The position numbers were made by a program, and so were the translations under genes. Positions 38,620 through 47,001 of a stretch of DNA of 64,000 bases are shown here, one piece after another. Below the pieces are notes generated by a model that did not search any database, was not told the DNA's origin, and worked only from the letters and a program-made list of their open reading frames with translations. The stretch comes from Clostridia bacterium (GTDB taxonomy: Bacteria; Bacillota; Clostridia; Oscillospirales; Acutalibacteraceae), in assembly GCA_017449935.1 (NCBI GenBank), contig JAFSYP010000066.1, positions 2,934 through 66,933 on the forward strand. The letters run 5' to 3'. Each line of letters opens with the position of its first letter. The stretch's first letter is position 1.

Positions 38620-39840
38620 ATGGGTATTTATGAAGAATTGCAGGCCAGAGGCCTGATCGCGCAGGTCACGGACGAAAAAGAGATCCGCGATCTGATCAAC
38701 AGCGGCGGCGCCCGGTTTTATATCGGCTTCGATCCGACAGCGGACTCGCTGCATGTGGGGCATTTTATGGCGCTTTGTCTGATGAAGCGTTTGCAGATGG
38801 CGGGCAACAAGCCGATCGTGCTGATCGGCGGCGGTACGGGCCATATCGGCGATCCGACCGGCCGGACGGATATGCGTTCGATGATGACGTCCGAAACGAT
38901 CCAGCACAACTGCGACTGCTTCAAAACGCAGATGGAACGCTTCATCGAGTTCGGCGAAGACAAGGCCATCATGGTCAACAATGCCGACTGGCTGTTGAAG
39001 CTGAACTATATCGAAATGCTGCGCGAGGTGGGCGCGTGCTTCAGCGTCAACAATATGCTGCGCGCCGAGTGCTACAAGCAGCGCATGGAAAAGGGACTGA
39101 GTTTCTTAGAGTTCAACTACATGATCATGCAGTCCTACGATTTCTGGTATCTGCATGAGCATTACGGCTGCAATATGCAGTTCGGCGGCGACGACCAGTG
39201 GAGCAATATGCTCGGCGGCACAGAGCTGATCCGCAAGAAGACCGGCGAAGACGCCTATGCCATGACCATCACGCTGCTGCTCAACAGCGAGGGCAAAAAG
39301 ATGGGCAAGACGGCCAAGGGCGCCGTGTGGCTCGATCCCGAAAAGACGACGCCGTATGAGTTTTACCAGTACTGGCGCAACGTCGACGATGCGGACGTGA
39401 TGAAGTGCATCCGGATGCTGACGTTCCTGTCGCTCGAGGAGATCGAAGAAATGGAACAGTGGGCGGACAGCCGGATCAATGAAAAGAAAGAAATCCTGGC
39501 GTATGAGCTGACGAAGCTCGTCCACGGCGCCGAAGAAGCCGACAAGGCGAAGGCCGCGGCTTACGCGTTGTTCTCCGGCGCGGGCGACGACAGCAATATG
39601 CCGACGACGGAGATCCCCGCGGCGGAGGCGGCGGACGGGTTGAACATCATCGACCTGATGGTGCGCTGCAAGCTGTGCGCGAGCAAGGGCGAAGCGCGCC
39701 GGCTCATCCAGCAGGGCGGCGTTTCCATAGACGGCGAGAAGGTCGCGGACATCGGCGCGGTCGTTCCGTTCAATGCGCTTCAGGCGGGCGTCAAGATCAA
39801 AAAAGGCAAAAAAGTTTTCCATAAAGCAATTTTGGCGTAA
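38620..39840 (+). CDS. tyrS: Tyrosine--tRNA ligase
   Basis: The HIGH-type motif LHVGHF, the KMSKS-type motif KMGKT and a C-terminal S4-like domain are present. Confidence 0.95.
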   Translation: MGIYEELQARGLIAQVTDEKEIRDLINSGGARFYIGFDPTADSLHVGHFMALCLMKRLQMAGNKPIVLIGGGTGHIGDPTGRTDMRSMMTSETIQHNCDCFKTQMERFIEFGEDKAIMVNNADWLLKLNYIEMLREVGACFSVNNMLRAECYKQRMEKGLSFLEFNYMIMQSYDFWYLHEHYGCNMQFGGDDQWSNMLGGTELIRKKTGEDAYAMTITLLLNSEGKKMGKTAKGAVWLDPEKTTPYEFYQYWRNVDDADVMKCIRMLTFLSLEEIEEMEQWADSRINEKKEILAYELTKLVHGAEEADKAKAAAYALFSGAGDDSNMPTTEIPAAEAADGLNIIDLMVRCKLCASKGEARRLIQQGGVSIDGEKVADIGAVVPFNALQAGVKIKKGKKVFHKAILA

Positions 39841-39917
39841 AAGAATGCCCGTATGCTCTTGACAAGCACAGATGGTTTTAGCTATAATTACAGTATCTAT
39901 AAGACGTAAGGAAGTGG

Positions 39918-41204
39918 ATGATTTTGAAGAACGTAATCAAAGCGCTTGCCGTTTTTCTGGCTGTCGTTTTCAGCTTTTCCGCATTGGTCGTGACGGTCTG
40001 CGCCGTCATTCCCGATGAGGACACGCGCGAGACGTTCCGCTTCGGGTATTACCCGCAGAAAGAGGAGACCGATCCGACGATCCTGAAAGCGCTGGAGAAG
40101 GCTACGCCCAACGCGGACGGTTCGGTGACGTATGAAGGCGCGACCTATGTTTCGCAGAGGGTGGAGGGGAACAGCATCCCCGGCGGCGGACCTTTCGCCA
40201 CGATGTACGGTTATTACCCGAAGATCACGTACTGGTTCAAGATGGCGCCGATCGAGTGGATCGTCCTCGAAAAGAACGAGGAAAGCATGCTTCTGTTTTC
40301 TAAGCAGGTGCTCGCGGCGCGCGCCTTTAATCAGGAGATCGGCGCGGATAATACATGGGGCAGCAGCGACGTGCGCACATGGCTGAACAACGTGTTTATC
40401 AAGGCGGCGTTCACCGGTAAGGAGCGCGCGTTCATTCTGAACTCCAATCTGAAGAATGAGGGCAATCCGATCTCTTATATGGAAGGCTCCGCCGATACAA
40501 CGGACAAGGTGTTCCTGCCGTCGTTCAATGAGATCACCGATACCGCCTACGGCTTCAACCCGGAGTGCGAGGGCTGGGTCGATGATTTCGGCAGACCGGT
40601 CGGTTATTATGAAGGCTACTATGACAGGGAGACCGGCGTGGATACGTCGGGCCGTCTGGCGGAAGGCACGGACTTCGCAAAGTGCCAGGGCGTTTGGGCA
40701 AATTTCGAGGATTCTGACGACGAAGACGACAGAACGCCGGAGAGATACTGCCGCTACTGGCTGCGTACGGTCGGTTGGACACAGAATTGCGCCGCGGGCG
40801 TGCTGGAAGACGGACGTGTTTCCACCGGTTGGTCGGTAAATACCAACATCATGGGCATTCGTCCGATGGTTCGCGTTTCGGCGGACGCTGTTCTGGATAC
40901 CCGCGACGGTTCGCCCGATCCCGGCCCGATGCCGTTCAACGTGACGGTCCCCGCCGCGGAGATCCGTTATAAGCAGAAGGGCGTTCAGTTTACGGCGGAC
41001 GTGCCCGTAACATGGTCCTCTTCCGACGAGAGCATCGCGTCTATCAGCGAAGACGGTACGATCACAACGCATCGCGCAGGCAAGGTCGTGATCACGGCGA
41101 CCTCCATCGAAACGGGCGAGACGGTTTCGGCAGAGTTGGAGATCGTCTATGTCTGGTGGCAGCAGATCATCCGCATCGTGCTGCTCGGTTTCCTTTGGTA
41201 TTGA
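39918..41204 (+). CDS. Secreted DUF6273-type protein with a Big_2-like domain
   Basis: Features are an N-terminal hydrophobic segment, YWLRT and IEWIVL motifs that are paralogous to the N-terminal module of the first ORF, a Big_2-like segment VTWSSSDESIASISEDGTITTHRAGKVVITAT, and a Trp-rich C-terminal tail. Confidence 0.8.
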   Translation: MILKNVIKALAVFLAVVFSFSALVVTVCAVIPDEDTRETFRFGYYPQKEETDPTILKALEKATPNADGSVTYEGATYVSQRVEGNSIPGGGPFATMYGYYPKITYWFKMAPIEWIVLEKNEESMLLFSKQVLAARAFNQEIGADNTWGSSDVRTWLNNVFIKAAFTGKERAFILNSNLKNEGNPISYMEGSADTTDKVFLPSFNEITDTAYGFNPECEGWVDDFGRPVGYYEGYYDRETGVDTSGRLAEGTDFAKCQGVWANFEDSDDEDDRTPERYCRYWLRTVGWTQNCAAGVLEDGRVSTGWSVNTNIMGIRPMVRVSADAVLDTRDGSPDPGPMPFNVTVPAAEIRYKQKGVQFTADVPVTWSSSDESIASISEDGTITTHRAGKVVITATSIETGETVSAELEIVYVWWQQIIRIVLLGFLWY

Positions 41205-41298
41205 TCGGTACTGAATAAGAGATCTCCTCTCTGTGCGCTTGTGCAGAGGGGAGTTTTTTCAAAAAAGCGTTATTTCCGGCTTGAAAGGAATCTGACTT

Positions 41299-42384
41299 AT
41301 GAAAAAGGTGATCGCTTTATTTATGACTGCTCTGATGTATTTCTTTCCTTCGCTGAATCTGTCGCATATCCGGACCGATCCCGCGTCGTGGAATACCAAT
41401 TATTCTTTCGTTTATGTGCACGGCCTTGCCGGTTGGGGCAGCTATGACTTCATGAATCATGTGCTGCCGTACTGGGGGATGCTCGGCGGCGATATGATAA
41501 AGAATCTCAACCGGCTTGGGTTTCACTGCGTCAGCGCATCCGTCGATCCGCAGGGCAGCGCGTGGGACAGGGCATGTGAACTGTATGCACAGCTGAGCGG
41601 GACGCGCGTCGATTACGGCAAGGCGCATTCCGAACGCTGCGGCCATACGCGGTTCGGAAAGGATTTCAGCAAAAAGCCGTTGATCAAGTCATGGAGCGGT
41701 AAGGATAAGGTAAACCTTCTGGGGCATTCTTTCGGCGGGGTAACGGTTCGGATGCTGGCCGAGCTGATGGCGTCCGGCAGCGACGAGGAACGCCGTGTGA
41801 CCGATCCGCAGGATCTGTCTGCGTTGTTCATGGGCGGCAAGGCCGATTGGATATACAGCATCACGACGCTTGCCGCGCCGACCAACGGAACCACGGCGTA
41901 CGGCTTCGGCGATCCGGACAAGGAACTGCCGAACCGCGACTGCGCCGCATACGATATGTACATTGATAACGCGCTGGAGATCAACAAAACGCTGCATGTG
42001 CGTGATTGCACGTATTACTTTGCGATCCCTTGCAGCACGACTGTCCGTGCGGAAGACGGGACGTATGTGCCGGACAAGTCCATTACCGAGAAACGGATGC
42101 TCGAATCCGCCGCGCAGATGGGCAAAGCGACCGGCGTAACGCCGAAGGGCTTTGTCGTAGATGAAGCGTGGCTGGAAAACGACGGCTCGGTCAATACGAT
42201 CTCCGCCGGCGCACCGTTCGGCGCGCCATCCGTTCAGCTGGACAAAGAGAATATTCAATCCGGCGTATGGAACGTGACCGAAACATTTCGCGGCGACCAT
42301 ATGTCGCTCATCGGCGATCTGTTCAAATCCCGAAATATCCGTCCGCTTTACGCTGACTGGATGCAAATGATCAACTGCCTGTAA
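41299..42384 (+). CDS. Secreted alpha/beta-hydrolase, lipase-like
   Basis: A signal peptide is present, along with VYVHGLAGWG and the nucleophile elbow GHSFGG. Confidence 0.8.
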   Translation: MKKVIALFMTALMYFFPSLNLSHIRTDPASWNTNYSFVYVHGLAGWGSYDFMNHVLPYWGMLGGDMIKNLNRLGFHCVSASVDPQGSAWDRACELYAQLSGTRVDYGKAHSERCGHTRFGKDFSKKPLIKSWSGKDKVNLLGHSFGGVTVRMLAELMASGSDEERRVTDPQDLSALFMGGKADWIYSITTLAAPTNGTTAYGFGDPDKELPNRDCAAYDMYIDNALEINKTLHVRDCTYYFAIPCSTTVRAEDGTYVPDKSITEKRMLESAAQMGKATGVTPKGFVVDEAWLENDGSVNTISAGAPFGAPSVQLDKENIQSGVWNVTETFRGDHMSLIGDLFKSRNIRPLYADWMQMINCL

Positions 42385-42403
42385 GCGAGGGAGGATAATA
42401 CAA

Positions 42404-43486
42404 ATGAAAAAGCTGTTTTGCTTGCTGCTGTGCGCGCTTGTGATGACGCCGACGCTGTTCTGCGCCCATGCCGCAGACGCGCAGAGCGGGACGCTGCGTT
42501 TGATCGCGTACAATGTTTCCGGCATCCCGCTGGTCGGCGATTTTCAAGGCTCTGTTTTTACCACGACCAACGACCGCGCACGGCGTATCGGCCGGATGCT
42601 CAACGGGACAGGCGTGGATTTCATCGGCACGGAGGAAGATTTCAACGCGAGCAAACATCTTGCCGCGCAGATGACGAACTATCCTTATCACTCTTTTTCC
42701 AGCGGCGGAGTGGCGCAGGGACAGGGGATGAACGTGTTTTCTTCGCATCCGTTGTATAATATCAAGCGCGTGAAGTGGGATAAGGAATACGGATTTGTTT
42801 CCGGTTCAAACGATGCGCTGTCCAATAAGGGCTTTTTGTACAGTCTGATGGAATTGCGCGAAGGCGTGTATATCCACGTCATCAATCTGCATATGGACGC
42901 GGGATATGATCCTTTGTCGCTGCGCGCACGGATCAGCAATTTCAGGCAGCTTGCGGATTTTATTCAAAATGAGCTGGACGACGGACGCGCGCTGATCGTG
43001 CAGGGCGATTTCAATTACAAATTCAAGCGTCAGCTGAAGGACGATCTGTGGGGCAATCTTCTGGAGCCGACCGGCCTGCGCGACGTGTGGGCGGAGGTCT
43101 ATAACGGCGGGCTGTACGACTTCACCGATCCGGCGTTCGATCTGGACAGCCCGGGCGACGATCTCGACCGCATCCTGTTCCGCAGCGGCAGGGATCTTGT
43201 GCTCACGCCTGTCTCCAAGACCGTGCCCGATCTGACGGGCGAAAACGGCGAACGGTATTCCGACCACGATCCCATGCTCACGGAGTTTGCCTATACGCTG
43301 ACCGGCGAGACGCTGTCGGAGCCCGAGGCGCGGACGGCGCCGGTCGCCGAGAATGAGACTGTCCTTGCGCTCAAGGAGGTCGGCTGGATGGTCGTGCGCT
43401 TTTTCCAGATCGTTATCGGTTTGGTTGAACTTCCGTATCTGCTCGCTCAGGCGATCGAGCTGCTCATCAACGGCAAGCTGCCGTGA
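42404..43486 (+). CDS. Secreted endonuclease/exonuclease/phosphatase (EEP) family protein, sphingomyelinase-like
   Basis: A signal peptide, LRLIAYNVSG near the N-terminus, a C-terminal SDHDPM motif and a hydrophobic C-terminal tail are present. Confidence 0.8.
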   Translation: MKKLFCLLLCALVMTPTLFCAHAADAQSGTLRLIAYNVSGIPLVGDFQGSVFTTTNDRARRIGRMLNGTGVDFIGTEEDFNASKHLAAQMTNYPYHSFSSGGVAQGQGMNVFSSHPLYNIKRVKWDKEYGFVSGSNDALSNKGFLYSLMELREGVYIHVINLHMDAGYDPLSLRARISNFRQLADFIQNELDDGRALIVQGDFNYKFKRQLKDDLWGNLLEPTGLRDVWAEVYNGGLYDFTDPAFDLDSPGDDLDRILFRSGRDLVLTPVSKTVPDLTGENGERYSDHDPMLTEFAYTLTGETLSEPEARTAPVAENETVLALKEVGWMVVRFFQIVIGLVELPYLLAQAIELLINGKLP

Positions 43487-43522
43487 TCCGGAGATATTTT
43501 TTGAAATTATTCCGTTTTCCAC

Positions 43523-43551
43523 TTGACTTTTGCCCTTTAATGTGCTAAACT
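43523..43551 (+). promoter_or_regulatory. Promoter of the aromatic operon (TTGACT-17-TAAACT, TG-extended)
   Basis: TTGACT lies at 43523-43528 and TGcTAAACT ends at 43551. Confidence 0.55.
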
Positions 43552-43586
43552 ATGCAGCGATAAGACAAAGAGAAAGGAGTCCGCGT

Positions 43587-43682
43587 ATGCGCTTCGTCGT
43601 TTCGAGCTTTTATTCTACGTTCGTTCGCTATTGGGCGGGCGTCCTTTTTGCACCCCAAAACACAGCCGCAGCACGGACTTGA
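43587..43682 (+). CDS. Candidate leader peptide (31 aa) rich in Phe/Tyr/Trp codons
   Basis: GGAG at 43576-43579 lies 7 nt before the ATG at 43587. The translation is MRFVVSSFYSTFVRYWAGVLFAPQNTAAART, in which 7 of 31 residues are aromatic. The stop lies 24 nt before the terminator stem. Confidence 0.45.
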   Translation: MRFVVSSFYSTFVRYWAGVLFAPQNTAAART

Positions 43683-43706
43683 GGGAAAGAGTATTCGGTT
43701 TGAGAT

Positions 43707-43741
43707 GCGGTTCTGTTTTCGGACGGAACCGCTGTTTTTTT
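43707..43741 (+). terminator. Intrinsic terminator in the aro operon leader (attenuator)
   Basis: GCGGTTCTG (43707-43715) pairs with CGGAACCGC (43724-43732). TG and then 7 T follow. The pheA ATG is 35 nt downstream. Confidence 0.7.
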
Positions 43742-43775
43742 AGGCGCCGCTGTTTTGGCGCGGAAAGGGCTTTGT

Positions 43776-44885
43776 ATGCACGAAGATTTGCAGAAGATAC
43801 GTCAGCAGATACAGGATGTGGACGCGCAGATGGCGCAGCTGTTCGAGCGCAGGATGCGTTTGGCGCAGTCGGTCGCGTTGTACAAAAAGGCGTACGGGCT
43901 TCCGGTGCTCGACAAGGCGCAGGAGGCGCGCGTGCTGGAACGCGGCAGAGAGCGGATCGACGATCCGGAGCTGGTCAGCTATTATCATTCCTTTCTTGAG
44001 GATCTGATGGGGCTGTCCAAGCAGTTCCAGCACCATATCCTGGAGGGGACCAAGGTCGCCTACAACGGCGTCGCCGGCGCGTTTGCGCAGATCGCGGCTT
44101 CGCGGATCTTTCCCGATGCGGCTCTCGCGGCGTACGGTTCTTTCTCCGACGCGTACGCGTCCGTGGCGCGCGGCGAGAACGATTATGCGGTCATTCCCAT
44201 CGAGAACAGCTATGCCGGCGAGGTCGGCCCGGTGATGGATCTGATGTTTGACGGCGATCTGTATGTGACGGGCGTCTATACGCTGCCGATCATCCAGAAT
44301 CTGCTCGGCGTGCCGGGCGCGTCGATCGCGGACGTCCACCGCGTCGTCAGCCATCCGCAGGCGCTCAGCCAGTGCGAATCGTACATCAAGCGGCATTGCT
44401 GGCAGACTGTTGCGGCGGAAAGCACGGCTGTTGCGGCTAAACTGGTCGCCGAGACGGGCGATCCGACGACGGCCGCGATCGCCGCCGCGGAAACGGCTGC
44501 AATCTTCGGACTGGATGTTCTGGATCATGACGTCAACGAAAGCACGGTCAATACCACAAAATTTGCCGTGTTTACGCGTGTGCGCGAGGACCGGCGTCCG
44601 GGCGGCGGCAGCTTTATCCTGCTGTTTACCGCGCGCGACGAGGCCGGTTCGCTGGCGAAGGCGATCAACGTCATCAGCGATTACGGCTTCAATATGACGG
44701 CGCTGCGCAGCCGGCCGGTGCGGGAAAAGGCATGGCAGTATTATTTCTACGTCGTGGCGGAAGGGGACGTGTCATCTCCGCGCGGTCAGCGGATGCTTGA
44801 GGCGCTTTCCGGCCAGTGTGATAAGCTCAAGGTGGTCGGACACTACGCGGCGGAAACAGATCTGAAAGAAGGAAAAATGATATGA
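43776..44885 (+). CDS. pheA: Bifunctional chorismate mutase / prephenate dehydratase
   Basis: The protein has an N-terminal chorismate mutase helix bundle (IRQQIQDVDAQMAQLFERRM), a prephenate dehydratase domain and a C-terminal ACT domain. The start is at 43776. Confidence 0.9.
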   Translation: MHEDLQKIRQQIQDVDAQMAQLFERRMRLAQSVALYKKAYGLPVLDKAQEARVLERGRERIDDPELVSYYHSFLEDLMGLSKQFQHHILEGTKVAYNGVAGAFAQIAASRIFPDAALAAYGSFSDAYASVARGENDYAVIPIENSYAGEVGPVMDLMFDGDLYVTGVYTLPIIQNLLGVPGASIADVHRVVSHPQALSQCESYIKRHCWQTVAAESTAVAAKLVAETGDPTTAAIAAAETAAIFGLDVLDHDVNESTVNTTKFAVFTRVREDRRPGGGSFILLFTARDEAGSLAKAINVISDYGFNMTALRSRPVREKAWQYYFYVVAEGDVSSPRGQRMLEALSGQCDKLKVVGHYAAETDLKEGKMI

Positions 44886-45907
44886 TTTTACAAGTATCGC
44901 CGGGCGGGACAGCCTATGACATCGTCCTCGAACGCGGCTGCCTGCGCCGTGCGGGCGATCTGCTCGATACGTCGCGCAAGGCGCTCGTTGTGACGGACGA
45001 CGGCGTACCGCGCATGTATGCCGAAGCCGCGGCATCACAGTGCCGCGAGGCAGAGGTTTTCTGCGTGGCGCAGGGCGAGGAGAGCAAGAGCTTCCAAACG
45101 CTCGAGTCTGTTCTTTCGCGAATGCTCGCGCTGGGGTTTTCGCGCGGGGACTGCGTGATCGCCGTGGGCGGCGGCGTGGTCGGCGATCTGGCGGGCTTTG
45201 CCGCGTCCGTCTATATGCGCGGGATCGACTTCTACAATATCCCGACGACCGTACTTTCGCAGGTGGATTCCTCCGTCGGCGGAAAAACGGCGATCAATCT
45301 CGACGGCGTGAAGAACGTCGTCGGCGCGTTCCATCAGCCGAAAAAGGTGCTGATCGACCCGGACGTGCTGCAAACGCTGCCGCGGCGGCAGATCGCCAAC
45401 GGCCTTGCCGAATCGGTCAAAATGGCGTTGACGAGCGACGCGGCGCTCTTTGATATAATTGAAACAGGGAATATAACGGCGCAGATCGACACGATTATCG
45501 AGCGGTCGCTGCGCATCAAGGCGCAGGTCGTCACAGAGGATGAAAAAGAACAGGGACTGCGCAGAGTGCTCAATTTCGGCCACACCATCGGACATGCGAT
45601 CGAGAGCTTTGAGGGACTGCACGGTCTGTATCACGGCGAATGCGTCGCGCTGGGGATGCTGCCGATGACGAGCGACGCGGTGCGCGCAAGACTGGTTCCG
45701 GTGCTGCAAAGGCTCGGCCTGCCCACGGCGCTTAACTTCGAGCCCGAACGGGTGATGCAGGCGATGCTGCACGACAAAAAGATGCAGCAGGGCGCGGTCA
45801 CGGCCGTGTACGTGGACGAAGTCGGCAGCTTCCGGATAGAGAAGACGGCGCCAGAAGCGCTCCGAAAGGCGCTGGAGATCATACCGAGAGGGGAGCGGAA
45901 CGCATGA
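44882..45907 (+). CDS. aroB: 3-dehydroquinate synthase
   Basis: GGGVVGDLAGFAA and the metal-binding His residues are present. The ATGA start overlaps the pheA stop. Confidence 0.9.
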   Translation: MILQVSPGGTAYDIVLERGCLRRAGDLLDTSRKALVVTDDGVPRMYAEAAASQCREAEVFCVAQGEESKSFQTLESVLSRMLALGFSRGDCVIAVGGGVVGDLAGFAASVYMRGIDFYNIPTTVLSQVDSSVGGKTAINLDGVKNVVGAFHQPKKVLIDPDVLQTLPRRQIANGLAESVKMALTSDAALFDIIETGNITAQIDTIIERSLRIKAQVVTEDEKEQGLRRVLNFGHTIGHAIESFEGLHGLYHGECVALGMLPMTSDAVRARLVPVLQRLGLPTALNFEPERVMQAMLHDKKMQQGAVTAVYVDEVGSFRIEKTAPEALRKALEIIPRGERNA

Positions 45908-47001
45908 AAAACAGTATGGGACAAGCGCTGACGGTCACGCTTTTCGGCGAGAGCCACGGCGCGATGATCGGCGCGGTGCTGGACGGCCTTGCGCCTGGCA
46001 TTGCGGTGGACGAGGATCGGATCGCCGCGCTTCTGACGCTGCGCCGCCCTGCGGGCAGGACGGGAACGGCCCGACGCGAAGCGGACCACTTTCAGATCGT
46101 CAGCGGCGTTTTCGAGGGCAAAACGACCGGCACGCCGCTGTGCATCCTGATCCCGAACGAGGACGCGCACAGCAAGGATTATGCCGCCGTGCGGCGTTTG
46201 GCGCGTCCGGGACACGCGGACTATACGGCGTACTGCAAATATCACGGATTTGAAGACTATCGCGGCGGCGGACACTTCAGCGGACGCGTTACGGCCGCGC
46301 TGGTCGCCGCGGGCGCTATTGTTCTGCCTGCACTGCAGAGTAAAGGAATATACATCGGCACGCATGTGCGGCGCTGTGCGGGGATCGAGGACCGTGCGTT
46401 CGGCGATCTGCCGGCAGACGTCCGCGCGCTGTCCGAAATGCCGTTCGCGGTGCTCGATACGGACGCGGCGAACCGGATGCGCGAGGCGATCGAGGACGCG
46501 GCGAAGGACGGCGACAGCGTAGGCGGCGTGCTGGAAACGGCGGTGATCGGTATGCCCGCAGGCGTTGGCGAACCGTGGTTCGATACGGTCGAGGGCGTTC
46601 TGTCGCACGCACTGTTCAGCATTCCCGCGGTCAAGGGCGTGCAGTTCGGCGCAGGCTTCGATCTCGCGGATGCGCGCGGCAGCGCGTTCAACGACGCATT
46701 CACGATGCGCTGCGGCGAGATCGTCACGCGCACCAACCACGGCGGCGGCGTCAACGGCGGAATCACCAACGGGATGCCGATCCTGTTCCGGTGCATGGTC
46801 AAGCCTACGCCGTCCATTTATAAACAACAGGATACAGTCGACTTTTTCGCAAAAGAAAACGCGTCGCTGCAGATCGCGGGACGCCACGATCCGGCGATCC
46901 TGCACCGTGCGCGCATCGTCGCGGACAGCGTGACGGCGCTCGTGCTGTACGATCTGTTGGCCATGCGCATCGGGACCGACTGGTTTATGGGAGAAGCGTA
47001 A
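45904..47001 (+). CDS. aroC: Chorismate synthase
   Basis: The N-terminus LTVTLFGESHG and RPGHADY are typical. The start overlaps the aroB stop. Confidence 0.95.
   Translation: MKNSMGQALTVTLFGESHGAMIGAVLDGLAPGIAVDEDRIAALLTLRRPAGRTGTARREADHFQIVSGVFEGKTTGTPLCILIPNEDAHSKDYAAVRRLARPGHADYTAYCKYHGFEDYRGGGHFSGRVTAALVAAGAIVLPALQSKGIYIGTHVRRCAGIEDRAFGDLPADVRALSEMPFAVLDTDAANRMREAIEDAAKDGDSVGGVLETAVIGMPAGVGEPWFDTVEGVLSHALFSIPAVKGVQFGAGFDLADARGSAFNDAFTMRCGEIVTRTNHGGGVNGGITNGMPILFRCMVKPTPSIYKQQDTVDFFAKENASLQIAGRHDPAILHRARIVADSVTALVLYDLLAMRIGTDWFMGEA

Noticed and set aside
43587-43700. Possible T-box in the aromatic operon leader.
   Set aside because: The leader is only about 185 nt. It has no ...GGTGGNACCNCG... 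T-box core and no obvious specifier-loop architecture. The closest string, TGGGCGGGCGTCC, does not fit. A covariance-model scan is still needed.
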